In this document: positions 51,501 through 64,000 of the stretch, one piece after another | How the letters are laid out: each line of letters begins with the position of its first letter | How positions within the stretch are numbered: position 1 is the stretch's first letter | NCBI GenBank assembly: GCA_009914755.4 | Contig: CP068257.2 | Location: 26,944,001 to 27,008,000 of the forward strand | Source of the DNA: the human T2T-CHM13v2.0 reference genome, Homo sapiens | DNA length: 64,000 nucleotides | Direction: 5' to 3' | Notes under the pieces: model-generated | Seen by the model: the letters and a program-made list of their open reading frames with translations, nothing else | Databases searched by the model: none | Told to the model about the DNA's origin: nothing | Made by a program: the position numbers and the translations under genes

Positions 51501-54265
51501 AGCTTTTATCAGAGTAAGAACTCTAAATGAGATCTCTACTATGTCACATGTTTTTATCAGTTGTGGCAGCAAAATTGTAGTTGAAAGTGAATTTTCTTGC
51601 ATTTTAACCTTTTATAATTAAATAACTTCAATTTTTTTAAACAGAAGAGTTTCTTGACCAATTATTCTCAGTAACAGCATAAGATGTTTTCATTTTTTCC
51701 AACCATTCTTCGGTTTAGTAGAAAGAAGTGTTAGAGAGCAGTCACAAAATGTGTTTTCATTTTCTATCGATGTCAACATTACCAAGTCTGTTTCTCTGTC
51801 CACACGGTAAAATAGAAATCAAACTATTTGTTCTTATAACTTTTGGCTTACAGGGGAAAAAGTTATATTTATAGAAAACTTTATCAGGATGGCTGCTTCT
51901 AACTCTCTCTTCCAATTCTTGCTGTACAGTTTGGATTTAGCTAATGACAGTAGCTAAAAGAAAACCAAAATAAGTGATTTCTTGGCAGCAAATGCCTCCC
52001 TGATGAATCACCATAGAAAAGATAGCACTGGAGTTTGACGGTGGGATGAGCAAAAAGCAGACGCAGTGTAGACAGGTTTTCTCCTGCTGCAAGTGGCTTA
52101 TTTCAACTGTCAACACATCACATAAGAAATTTATAGTCAGAGTCCTATTTCCTCCCATTCCTATGGCTCCTAGCATTACTGCCACTTGATCGGACCCCAT
52201 TTTCACAATCCACAGCTTTTCTCTAAAACCAGCCACCAAACTCTGATTGTGATACACTCACCCACTGGATGAGATTATGGGGACTGACATCACTATAGAA
52301 GGAGTACTTGCTCCAGGTGGCCTGAGAGGAAGCAAGTCTGAACCTGTGTACTGAAAGGGCAAGGCTGGGTCTCTACAGAGGTTAGGAATGCAGTCCTCAG
52401 TTGTCAAAAGGCCTGCCAGCACTAGTGTGCATAGTCACAAAGAGAAAATGAACAAAGCTGTCTCTCCCCATGAGCCAGGATGATCCACAAATACCTCACC
52501 TTTACTACTGACATCATTTACTATTGAAAATCCACAGGTGAGATCTTAAACTCCTACTTAGGTGGAAACTGTGATTCTAAAAGCACACAGGGCAATTCTC
52601 TGGGTCTATTTGTTTTCAAAATTATGGCAACTTTTTTAGGGAATAGAAGAGACTGAACAGGAAGCCTACCAAATAAATGGGCTGTTAGTAGCTAAGTCTG
52701 GCAGTCATACCCACATTCCCAAGTATTTTTTTAAATGCCAAGTATTTTTTAAAGTTCTGTTCTTTTAGAAACCAGAGGCCCATTTCAGAATATAACAGGA
52801 ACTGTGAACCCTTTTCTCAAGACACAAAATCAACCTTCTGTATATGACTTCGAGATGACTTAAAGAGCTTTTTCCTCTGCGTGGCTACCAGGTTACAAAT
52901 TCCCATTGTAATACAATACGAATAGTTCTCTGAGCCATTGCAAAGACAAAGGTGTAAGTAAATAAGCACTGTACACTATGCTCAGGGTAAGAAGTTCAGC
53001 AACTTCTCCTTCTGAAACCTATCTGCCATCCGTCTCCACACCAGGAAAACGTTAGGGCGGTAACAGGAATAACCTACTGTGAAGTTCTGATAGTCACCAG
53101 CTTCCTGTGCTGGGCCCAATGGAACAGGCTTCGGTTATCTAAGATAATTCATTCTGTGCCAGCTACAGTGCCTGTTTAATTGTTCAGCGTTTCATGTTCG
53201 GGAACTCCTTTCCAATGACTGACTGCCCGTGGCGTCACTGCCATTCTGAATCATGCAAATGAGAATGTCATATCCTCTGACTCAAGAAGCTTTATCTCAT
53301 TAAAAATTATTTTGAGAACTCCAAGCAGAGAGTTGGTCTTTGCTTAGATCTGACTTCCCAAATACATCACTTTTCCTTTTCTCACGGGGATCCAGCTGAT
53401 TTGGAAGGAGACTGGGAAGTGTGCAAGGGGGGAATCCTATGGAACTGAGCTTGGGAAGCAGGTATTTGCTGGCAGGGATGCTCTCCTCCTTTGCTGAGAG
53501 GCTGTGGTCCACAGCCCTTGCCAAATCTGTCGCAGTAGCTAACAGTACATTTCCATGTATGTACTATTTTCTCCCAATTTTCCCCAAGGAAAGGGCGAGT
53601 CAGGATATGCACGCATAGCACAGGACAAAAATAGCCTTGTTTAAGTAGATAAGTAGCTATTAAGTGAAGTTCCTTGACTTTGTCTATTCTGAGCACCAGT
53701 ATTTGCACTAGTCAGGCAGCATCCCCCTAGGTCAACTACCTGTGTATTCTTGTACTCTCTACTGAAAGACAGTATGCACAGGGCTTATGAAAACAGACAT
53801 TAGAAATAGGATTTGAGTCCTTGGGGTAGTTGTGTGACTTACTGGTTATATGAACTTAGACAATTTACCGAACCTCTCTGAGCTTAAATTTGCTCATTTA
53901 TAAAATGGGGTAATACAAGTTTGTAACTTATAGACGTATTATAAGGATAAAATTAATTAATATACTGCATATAAAGTTTCTAGCTCAGTGACTGACACAT
54001 ATTACGTGCTATGTGATGCATATGTTAAGTGCTTGTGAAGGTTAGCTGTTACTATTACACCAGGTATTCTTGAACATTTCTTTAACTCAGAGTTAAAGCC
54101 AGGAAAGACATGTGTTACATTTAGTTTAAAGGATAAAAAACAATATAGCATAGACTTGGGAGTCTGGTAGTTTATCACGCAGGTAAATGCTATAGCAGTT
54201 AAAAGTCAGCAAAGTTCAAAATTAACTCTGAATGATCTATGATCTATGTGTTTAATGTCCTCATC

Positions 54266-54545
54266 TTTTTTTTTTTTTTTCTTTAGATGGAGTTTCGCTC
54301 TTTCTCCCAGGCTGGCATGCAGTAGTGCCATCTCGGCTCACTGCAACCTCCACCTTCCGGTTTCAAGTGATTCTCCTGCCTGAGCCTCCCAAGCTAGCTG
54401 GCATTACGGGTGCCTGCCACCACACCCAGCTAATTTTTGTATTTTTTAGTAAAGACAGGGTTTCACCATGTTGGCCAGGCTGGTCTCCACCTCCTGACCT
54501 CGTGATCTGCCCACCTCGGACTCCCAAAGTGCTGGGATTACAGGT
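54266..54545 (-). mobile_element. Alu SINE, reverse orientation, truncated at its 5' end (right side in this window)
   Basis: ttttttttttttttttctttagatggagtttcgctctttctcccaggctggcatgcagtagtgccatctcggctcactgcaacctccaccttccggtttcaagtgattctcctgcctgagcctcccaagctagctggcattacgggtgcctgccaccacacccagctaatttttgtattttttagtaaagacagggtttcaccatgttggccaggctggtctcc...gggattacaggt. Confidence 0.95.
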
Positions 54546-57500
54546 ATCCTCATCTATTAAGTAATAATCAAGTCTTCCTCATGAGATTTTAATGGCACTT
54601 AAATCAAAGGAAGTAAAACATCAAGCCCACAAGGATTAAGTGTACAATTAATGTTAGTCATCATTACCACTAAAAATTAACATGAGCTTAAATATATACA
54701 AACTATAGAATATAGGCAGCAGGCTCCATTCATTTAAAAACTACTGATACTACACTACTGTGTACCAAGCATGGTTCTACACATCTTATTTAAAAATAAC
54801 TCATTTATTTAATCCTCATAATAGCTCCAGGAGGTAGGTACTATATCACCTAGCCCTATTTTAAATATGAGGAAACAGTGGCCACTCCATTACTAAGTTG
54901 CAGACTCATGATTCACTCCCAGGCTCCCAAGACAATGCTCTTTCAGTGCTGTCTAATAGAACTTTCTACAATAATGGAACTGATTTGTCTGTGCTGCCCA
55001 GTATGCTAGGCCCTGGGCACGTGTAGTAATTGAGCCCTTAAAATGTGGTAAATATGCTTGAGGAATAGAATATTTTATTTCATCTCATTTTAATTAATTT
55101 AAATTTAAATAGCCACAGGTGGCTGGTGGCTATTGGACAACACATGCATAGACCACCCCGTTGCATTGCTTTATTAAAGGGCCAGTTCCACTGAAGAAAC
55201 TAGTAGAGACCCTTATCCACACTGTGCTTGTTCCACACTTGCCTACAGTGGTTGTAGTTCCTTCATTCGGGACCTTTATTACTATCTTCTTTAAAAATAA
55301 GTTGCCTTTTTTGGTACATTGAGTATCTTCAGTACAAGGAAATTTTGCCTTCAAAATACCCCACTAATAATGGTTCATCCTGTAACTTTTTATCCCTTTT
55401 GCCTACTTGTTGTACTTGCTTGATGCCAGACACTATTCTCTAGCCACAGGTTACATGCAGCTTTCCGCACATGGCCACCCCATGTTCTCCAGTTAGGACA
55501 CGGGTTCTATTTTGCCCTCTTTTGTAGAGCTAGCAACTGCTTTATTGTTGTCTGAGCTGAAAATGGAGCCTTGATGGACAAAAACAGACATCTTATCACT
55601 TTTTAACGTAAAACCATCAAACTTGGCTTTCCGTTGATCCACCAAATTATGCTTTTACTTTTGCCTCCATTTCATAAAATTAACTACCCTAAGCATGCCT
55701 GTCTAATTGCAAATTTCCATTCCCTCATGTCCAACCTCTGCCTCCCACTGCACCACTGTAATTTGCCAAGTGAAACCTGCCCAAGTTCAGAGAGACTCAG
55801 GCAAACAAAACTCACGAAAAGGAGTACTTTTTTGTCCGGAGTTAAATCAATATTGCAATGAAGAAAATAATCTCCTTAGAATGACAGTACATGCATCTTG
55901 CTTCCCATTCCCATTTTATGTAATTATCTGTGCTGTGATGCTCGATCCAAACAAGTGCTGTCTCATTTGTAATCAGGGCAGAGAGTACGACTCCATCACT
56001 TTTACCCGAGTCCCTCATACAGCATTGCTTGTGATCAGAATTTTCAAAACTGCATTTCCAAAATCACAACTGGGATCATTTTTGCTTAGAAGCCACGTGA
56101 CAGAAGCCTCACAGACAAACCTGAAATCTTAAACAAGCTTTAAAAGTATGACATAATGATTATCCGATAATGTCTAAAAGCAAGTGGCACATTCAGGTAG
56201 TTCAGTTTGATTTGCTGTGCTCAGAGTCGACTGGGTAGTTCATGTGCAAATCTTCTGCTAAGTCATTTCCTCTCTTTGTTTTCAGACTGGATTTCCAAGC
56301 AAAATATTCATATCTTTTTCTGTACATAGACTGACTCAGCCTTGCCACAATTTTGTGGGCAGAAAGGGTATGTGTGTTATGTACTTATCTTATTCATCAT
56401 TGTATGATATTAGGGTGGTGATTCTGAGATATGTTAATTTTTCTTGTTTTCATTGGATTCTTTTCTTTCCAACCTTCATTCCTATTGATGTGTTCATAGG
56501 TTATCATTTGTGTGATTTTTGAGACACAATGAATCAAAGGGATTAAAAGATCACTTGGATACACAATTTTTTCATTGATATAACAGTGGGCACTTGCCTC
56601 TGCATGTAACAGAAATTAAAAAAAAAAAAAATGGAAGAATCCCCATGTGTTGCTCTCAACAGAGCTGAGAATCGCATTACCAGAGGCATGACTGGCGTAG
56701 ACCTCTCATGCCACACAAATGCCTCACTTCTCCACCTGGGGTTAGCAAAAAACTTTCAGTCAACACTTGCATTCATGGCTCATAAATGTTGAGACTTGAG
56801 CAGCCTTCTTGCTAGGTGGGTTTCTATGCGGGGGTAGGAGTTTACTCTGAAATTAATTGTAGAATTTCTCTAGGAAGCCAAGCTAGCTGAATTCATTTAT
56901 TCTGAGTTCAGAATTATGAAAAAGTGAGACCAGTTTTAAGTTTTACATTTTGAAGAATTTTAATATAAGCATGATAGTTTACAACTGCTGTGAGTGAGAA
57001 AAAAAATTCTCTGTGTTCTTGCTTCTAATTTGATTTGAATCCATAAAGTATATCTCAATCAGAAAGCAACTTGTTGTAAAGGAGAAAAATAGAATTTATA
57101 GACATGAAAATAAATAGATGAAAATCATGGGTGGTTATTTGATCTTTAGAAGGTACAAAGTAGCCACAAATTATGGGTACCATTTTCTTCCACATTTTAG
57201 TTTTACATTCCTGAAACTTGGGGTATGCATTTATTCAATAGTCATTCACCCTGCTAAGCAGAGGGAACACAACGAAAACAAGATACAAATCTTGCCCTCA
57301 AGAAGCTCACAATCTACTTAGAGGGTATTAACATAAATATTTTAAAAGAAAGTCCTTAAGTGTAGGGGTAGGAATATGAATGGAGTATTAGAAAAGCATA
57401 AGCAAAGGCATCTAACCCATCAGGCTTTCTGGAGGAGGTGGGATCTGGTCTGCAATTTGAAGGTTATGTAGAGGGTCACTATGTGAAAGGAGGTATAGGA

Positions 57501-60500
57501 AGAGCAAAGGAACTGGAAGGAGGAGCACGGTGCACAGGCAAATTAAGTGTTTCCACATTGCCAGAGAGAAAACCATGAGGTACAGATTAATAAGAGCTAA
57601 GCCTGGAGAGGCCAGCAAGATCCTGATCTTCAGGGTCTTACTTATAGCATGTGGTGGAAAGCATTCTGCCGTTTTAAGCAAAGGAGAGGACATGTCTGAT
57701 TTTGTTTTTAGTGGCGTATGAGTTGGTTTGTGCTGCAAAAGAAACAACTGCCTCAAAACCTAGAGGTTTAAAAGAATGAATAGTTAGCTCATGATCCTGA
57801 GGGCAGTTCTTCCGAGCAGCCCAGCTCAGCTCATTCTACCTGGCCCTCTCCTGTGTCTGCAGTCAGCTGGCAAATTGTCTGGCAGCTAGATGATCCAGGC
57901 TGGCCTCACGTACATGGTGATTGGGGGCTGTCTGCCGGAGCTCCTTGGTTTTCCACCACATGGCCTCATATGCACCAGCACGCTAGCTTGAGCTCACTCA
58001 CATGGTCTCAGGATTCTAGGACAAGCAAGAGTGAAATCTGCCAGGCTATTTGAGGCCCAAGCTCACAATGTGGACAACGTCATCACCACCACATTCCATT
58101 TCTTAAAGCCAGTCACAAGGCCAGTCTAGATTCAAGAGAGGTGTAGTGGAGAGGAATGGCTCGCTTTTATGGGAGAAACTGTAGGTTTTACCAAACTGCT
58201 ACAGAGAAGGACAACCAAAGACAAGAAAGCCAGTTAGGAGATGCTGTGTACTGTAGCCTAAAAATGAGATAATGGGCCTAATCTAAAGAAGCGATAGCAA
58301 TGGAGAAAAGGAAACCAAGTTAAGAAACCTTCATGGATAAAATGGTAGAATTTCATGATTGACTAGATCAAGATGAGAAAGAAGAAATCTCTAGTTTGAC
58401 CAAAAGAAAGATAGAAACTAAATATTTGTGTGCCTTATGTGTTTATTGAATTATCTTAACAACATACCAATGGCCAATCCTTATGCAAGTACCAGGTGTG
58501 CATCAAGAAAAGTAGAGAAGAATGTGGATCAATTTTATTTAGCACATATTAATTTAACACCCCCAGTTCTAGTGCCAACTAACGACCCTACCTTCAAGGA
58601 ATTAATACTTCAAGAAACAAGGTACACAGGAAATCAGGTAATAATAGAAAATAGTAACTGATCAAATGATAAAATATATAGTAAAGATAGAAAGTGATAC
58701 AGAACACAGAAGGAAATTCCAGAAGAGTCAGGGAAGTCTTCATGGAGCAGGTGGGACCTAAATAAGGTGGATTTTATAACCAAAAAGTCTCATAAATATT
58801 AGCATTATATTAATTTATCCGAGTATCATCTATATGACTAGTATACATACTTTTAATGTCTTTTCCACATTCCATTGCTAAGAGAATTGAAATAAATAGT
58901 TATTCAAATCATGTTCAATATTCTGTGGTTCAGACGAGGAACCCTGATTAAGAAAATCTGGTTTACACATTATTTCTTGGGATTCAGATTCTAGTTGTTA
59001 AAAATCTGTCAAAACTTGTGCCAGTAATGAGCCAATCATCCAGTACAAAGGCATGCTAGGAGCAAAGCCAGATTGAACCAAGAGAAGGTATTAGGAAACC
59101 AGCAGGGATCTGAGGGGGTGGAGGAGGTTGGAGGGAGAGAAAGAAAGGCTGAGTTGTAATCCTGGAGACAAGGTCCTATTAGCAAAGAGGCCTAGGGAAC
59201 ATTCACTCCAATTTAGAAGAGAAAACAAAGTCCAGAGGAAACCCACAGTCTCTGGCACATGGAAAATAACAATTTTTAAATGAATCTACAGATAGATAGA
59301 AGAATGCAAACCAGGGAATGGGGAGGGAAGATATCAAGCTGTCATTCTGAGAGTTCCGAACAGTGTGGAATTAGAAAATGAAGAGTAGCAGACGCAAGTA
59401 GGAAGCACTTTCTACCAACCTCCCATGATGACCAGTGCTCTGGGGAGATGGAGACACAATGGAGAGCCAAGATCTTTAGGCTCATGATGGCTCAGGAAGA
59501 GGGGTCACCATCTAAGAGTCCTTCAAAAGTGCTTGGAGCTCTTGTGCGAGGGCACAGGATGGACACGAATATTTCTAAATTTTCTCGTATCCAGCAAGGA
59601 AGCTGTTTACATAATAATTCATTGAGTTTGGGGAAGAGTTGAGTCAACATGCAGATCCTAGAAACAATCAGAATGGTACTACAGCGGAATCAGGGGCAAC
59701 CACAAACCAACAGAAACATTCTCACCCTAAATCAAATTAAGGTATCTCTGAAATCCCTGCATCTGCAGAAATCTAGCTATCTGGAAAGTTTCCTCTGACA
59801 ACTACTACTACCACTGAGTACTTCTTGGAGTCCCTAGTGGATGTCTGATCTAGGCTTCAAAACAAATCCAATCCTCTAGACTTGGCTGATTGATCCAATG
59901 TTTCTTTCTCATCTGCCCAGCTGCCTTCTGGTTTATGTGATCTGCCATCCTCCAACACCCTGCCTTTTGTTCTAGGTGCATCCACTTCTAATTAACATTT
60001 CACCTTCTGTCTAACTCTGGTCTGCCCTGCAGGAGATCATGGCTGCTATGAAGAACAATCACAGTGCTAAGTATGTATGATGTTAGGTGAAGACACCCTT
60101 TGACACTCTCAGAAGGAAATTAAAGGAATATTCTACCCTACCGCGCATATTGGGCTTTTAGTAAAAATTGTTGTAAAAATTTACTGTTAAGAAAAACTGA
60201 CTAGTGCCTCTTTGTTATTGTCTTTTTCTTTCTATTCCTTTTTTCATGCTTTTTTCATCTGTCATTTTTCTTTTGCTGCTGTAAACTCACAAAGGAATAA
60301 AAAAATCCTTGTTTCCTCACTTTCACCACAGATAGAAGGTACCAGCAATTGTGTTTTTAAAAGTCTAAACTCTCCTTCAACTACAACTCCAGGGGAAAGT
60401 ACAGTTTTCATATTTCGGATCCATAAAGATAGAAGAAGTCAGGAAGAGTAATGGAAGGTGATGTTTTGAACTGAAGAGAAGTGCCCCAATACCTAGGGTG

Positions 60501-62344
60501 GCTTCTTTGAGTTAAAAGAAGGCAGTGGTGACAATGAACTTGCAGTGTGCCCCCCTCCTACCCACAGACAAGGGCTGCAGAACCTCTAAAAAATGGGCTA
60601 TATAATGGCTTAAGGCCTGACCACCTGGAAGTCTTCTTATCCTGAGCCCAGAGCCACCCATTTCCTAACAGAACAGATAACCCTAAACAATGAGCATCTC
60701 AAAAGAGACAATGATGGATAGAAGGTCAAAGGATTTACCCCAATCTTCTGGATTGGAAAAGCTCCTTGGTTGTTGTAAAGACTGGACACCCAGCAAAACA
60801 TAACTAAGTTTAAATATTCTACAAACCCTAATGAACAGGAACTGAGAGATTTATTTCACTTAGAAAAATATAGTGGTTTTTGCACACATAAGTGAAGCAC
60901 AGAGATACAAATTATACAATTTCTTCAGTTTTTATTATCAAGTCTCTCTCTCTCAGCTAGAACTGGACCAGGGATGGATCCAAAAACAAACAGAAAGCCA
61001 TATTCAGAGCAGCCACTTCCCTCACACAACCACTGCTTGGCTGTCAGGCCAAGCTTATCTTTCTGGATCTCTGTCCCTGAGGATAAATTCTCTCCCACAA
61101 GATTCAACAATGTCTACTGCAAATAGGCCTCTGGTCTATCTGCCACATCAGTTAGCCAAATGTACAGATGGTTCTGAATTCCAGAGGTGGATGAATACAT
61201 GTGAGACTCAAGCCATCACGTTGGGGCTCAAAAGAAATTTGATGTTGAAAAAGTGAGAACCCCTGACATATTAGTAAATAGGCACCTTCAGGAGCTTACT
61301 GAATACTAGTAGTCCATTAAATGTTGAAACAACCCCAAAATTTCACATTAAGAGTTTATTTCTTGCTGCTCTAGGCTGAATGCATGTGTTCCCCCAAAAT
61401 TGAAAAGCTGAAATCCTAACCCCAAAAGTGATCTTGAGGTGGGATAGTTCCCTTGACCCCCTTCATGGGCAGGAACTGGAGGGACTCAATTCAGTCAGCC
61501 TGCCACTGGCCACTCCTCATGGGAGGGAGCGTGCAAGCAAGTAAGTGTGGGAACCGGAGTGAACAAATGCTGGAAGCATCCGGTCACTCTTCTCTGGTGG
61601 GAGCAGGCTCTACGCAGGCCCAGCAGCAGTGTCCAAGCGTGTTACTACCAATCCTCTTTCAGCTCTGCTCTCTGGGGATGGCCAAGTACCAACCAGCTCA
61701 GTGGAGGGTTGGGGTGGCAGCCCCTGCCCTCTCAACACCAGGGTTCTTGTCTGGTGTCCAAGAAGAATCAGGTCACATGAACTGTTTGAAAGGTGATGAA
61801 TGCGGAAGACTTTACTGAGCGGAGGGTGGCTTTCAGCAGAAAGGGATGGGAAGGTGATCTTTCCCTGAAGCCCAGCCATCTCCGGCCAGGGCCCTCTCTG
61901 AAGCCGCACCATCCAAAGTTAGCTGCCTCTAACTGTAGTCTCTGACAGTTGCTTCTCTGCTCACTGCTCAGCTGCTTGATACAAGCTGTCTGAATAACAA
62001 GCATCCTTCATGCTCAGCCACTTGTGTTGCTCTGCCGGCTAATGTCTTTTATAAGCACAGGATGGGGGCAAGGCAGGGCAAAAAGGCAACATTTGGGTGG
62101 AAAAACCAGGTCAGCTGTTTTCGCTTAGGGTCGCAGTTCCAGGGTAAGGGTGGGGTTTAGCCGGGAACCCAGCCCTTCTGTATCAATAGTACTAGAAGCT
62201 TGGGCCTTGGCAGTGGTCACATACCCCACAGTCTAAGGCTGGCTGGGTAGCTGCTGCCCTCTTTGGACAGGCATGTGTTCCCCACAGTCCCCACCAGTTC
62301 CTACTGCTTTGCTACACTGAAGGTGTCAGCAACCACTTATTGCA

Positions 62345-62995
62345 CTTGCTCTGCACTATGGTCTGAATGTTTGCGTACCTTCAAAATTCATATGCAGAAA
62401 TCTTCACCCTTAAGGTGATGGTGGCAGGAGGTTGGGACTTCAGAAGGGGATTAAGTCATGGGGGTAGAGCCCTCATAAATGGGATTAGTACCCTTATAAA
62501 AGAGGCTGAAGAGAGACTCCTCACCCCTCCACATATGAGAACATAGAGAAAAGATTATGTTGACTGGGTGCAGTGGCTCATGCCTGTAATTGCACATCAA
62601 GAGACTGAGGGGGGAGGATTGTTTGAGGTCAGGAGTCCAAAACCAGCCTGGGCAACATAGAAAGACCCCTTCTCTAGAGAAAAAAATTAAAAATTATCCA
62701 GGCAAGGTCATGCACACCTGTAGTCCCAGCTACTGGAGGCTTAGGTGGGAGGATCGCTTGAGCCTAGGAGTTCAAGGCTGCAGTGAGACAGGACTGCAGC
62801 ACTGCACTCCAGCCTAGGCAACAGAGTGACCAGTAAGCAGGTCCTTACCAGACACCTATGCTGCAGCCTTGACCTTAGACTTCCCAGCCTCCAAAACTGT
62901 GAGAAATGAATGTCTGTTGTTTATAAGCTATCCAGTCTATGATAATTTGTTCTAGCAGCCTGAATAGACTAAGACACTAGCTCATGTAATAATCA
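62345..62995 (+). mobile_element. ERVL-MaLR LTR (MLT1-like) interrupted by an old Alu
   Basis: ...cataaatgggattagtacccttataaaagaggctgaagagagactcctcacccctccacatatgagaacatagagaaaag [Alu] ...ccttagacttcccagcctccaaaactgtgagaaatgaatgtctgttgtttataagctatccagtctatgataatttgttctagcagcctgaatagactaagaca matches the MLT1 3' terminus (..cttccagcctccagaactgtgagaaataaatgtttgttgtttaagccacccagtctatggtattttgttatagcagcctgaactaagaca). Confidence 0.55.
62562..62832 (+). mobile_element. Old Alu (AluJ-like), diverged, without a clear poly-A tail
   Basis: gactgggtgcagtggctcatgcctgtaattgcacatcaagagactgaggggggaggattgtttgaggtcaggagtccaaaaccagcctgggcaacatagaaagaccccttctc...gtagtcccagctactggaggcttaggtgggaggatcgcttgagcctaggagttcaaggctgcagtgagacaggactgcagcactgcactccagcctaggcaacagagtgac. 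Confidence 0.85.
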
Positions 62996-63214
62996 AATGA
63001 AGTCAGCAGGAAGCTCTGCTCCATGTAGTCATTCAGGGATGCAGTGTCCTGCCATCTTGTGATAGCAGCATGTTCTAAGGCTTCATCTTCCTCTACATTA
63101 AGCCAGTGATAGGAGCATGAAGAACTGCATGTGAGAAGGTTCCATGGGCCAAGACTCGAAGTTGTGTGCAACACTTACCTCCCAATTCCATTGACATGAA
63201 TTCAGGCACATCAA

Positions 63215-63595
63215 ACCCCACTGTACTGATCTGTTCTCACATTACTATAAGGAAATACCCAAGACTGGGTAATTTATAAAGGAAAGAGGCTTAATTGACC
63301 CACAGTTCCACATGGCTGGGGAGGCCTCAGGAAACTTACAATCATGGTGGAAGGCGAAGGGGAAGCAAGGCACCTTCGTCACAAGGTGGCAGGAAGAAGA
63401 ATAACCAATGGAGAAACTTGCCAAACATAAAACCATCAGATCTCATGAGAATTCACCCACTATCACAAGAGCAACATGGGGAGACCGCCCCATAATTCGG
63501 TCACCTCTACCTGGTCTCTCCCTTGACATATGGGGATTATGGGGATCACAATTCCAGGTAAGATTTTGGGTGGGGACACAGCAAAACCATATCAC
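63215..63595 (-). mobile_element. ERVL-MaLR LTR (MST/THE1 family), reverse orientation
   Basis: ctgttctcacattactataaggaaatacccaagactgggtaatttataaaggaaagaggcttaattgacccacagttccacatggctggggaggcctcaggaaacttacaatcatggtggaaggcgaagggg...aaaccatcagatctcatgagaattcacccactatcacaagagcaacatggggagaccgccccataattc...gggtggggacacagcaaaaccatatca is the reverse complement of the THE1/MST-type LTR. Confidence 0.8.
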
Positions 63596-64000
63596 CCACC
63601 ATCCCACCACCACCACCTATTGGCCACTGCAAAGAAATATGGAAAATGTGTGCCTAGAAATTAGTGGAAATTAGTCTGGTAAACAATCAGCTCATCTCAA
63701 GTTCCAGCCACAGAACATCATAGCTCTTTCTCCCTGCTTATGTTTCTTCACTCTGCTGGATCAAATGAGCTAATAACTGAGGAAATAACAAAACAAAGTA
63801 TTAAATTCTGACTACTTTCCAATGGCCTAAACAACTCATAGAGTCTTAATTCTTTTTGTGAAATTTAAATCCTGAAAATATTTAGGTAAATCAATTTCTC
63901 ATTCTAATAACTATTTCATAATAAATTGGCTAATTTGTTCTGGTGGTTTTGATGACCAGGCAATGTAAAATACTGGAAATCTAATTTTTTGTTTCTCAGA

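Noticed and set aside
53300-53708. Overlapping ORFs on both strands in a unique segment
   Set aside because: Mutually overlapping sense and antisense ORFs without motifs are typical random ORFs. Nothing supports an exon.
55707-56132. 141-aa plus-strand ORF in unique sequence
   Set aside because: No recognisable motif, cysteine-rich only by chance, AT-rich codon usage with no periodicity, no upstream promoter or CpG signal. It is within the size range expected by chance in 64 kb.

Overview
This window reads as primate (human-type) nuclear genomic DNA. It is AT-rich, almost free of CpG, and densely packed with interspersed repeats. There are about 16 Alu copies, several L1 copies of different ages, a Tigger (pogo-like) DNA transposon, ERVL-MaLR LTRs (THE1/MST and MLT1 type), an L2 3' end, simple repeats and one perfect 56-bp minisatellite. 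I found no convincing cellular protein-coding exon, CpG island, RNA gene, CRISPR array or prokaryote-type system. Every substantial ORF in the supplied track is either a decayed transposable-element ORF (Tigger transposase, L1 ORF1/ORF2) or a translation of repeats or low-complexity sequence. The interesting content is structural. One Tigger element was later hit by an L1 and a free Alu monomer. One L1 insertion shows twin-priming (5'-inversion) architecture and an identifiable target-site duplication. A young L1PA 3' fragment sits exactly in the centre of a perfect ~30-bp-arm palindrome. A local cluster of direct and inverted low-copy duplications lies around 25-27 kb. There are also a long polypyrimidine tract and several tandem duplications. 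Repeat family names come from memory of consensus sequences, not from a database search, and should be confirmed with RepeatMasker/Dfam.
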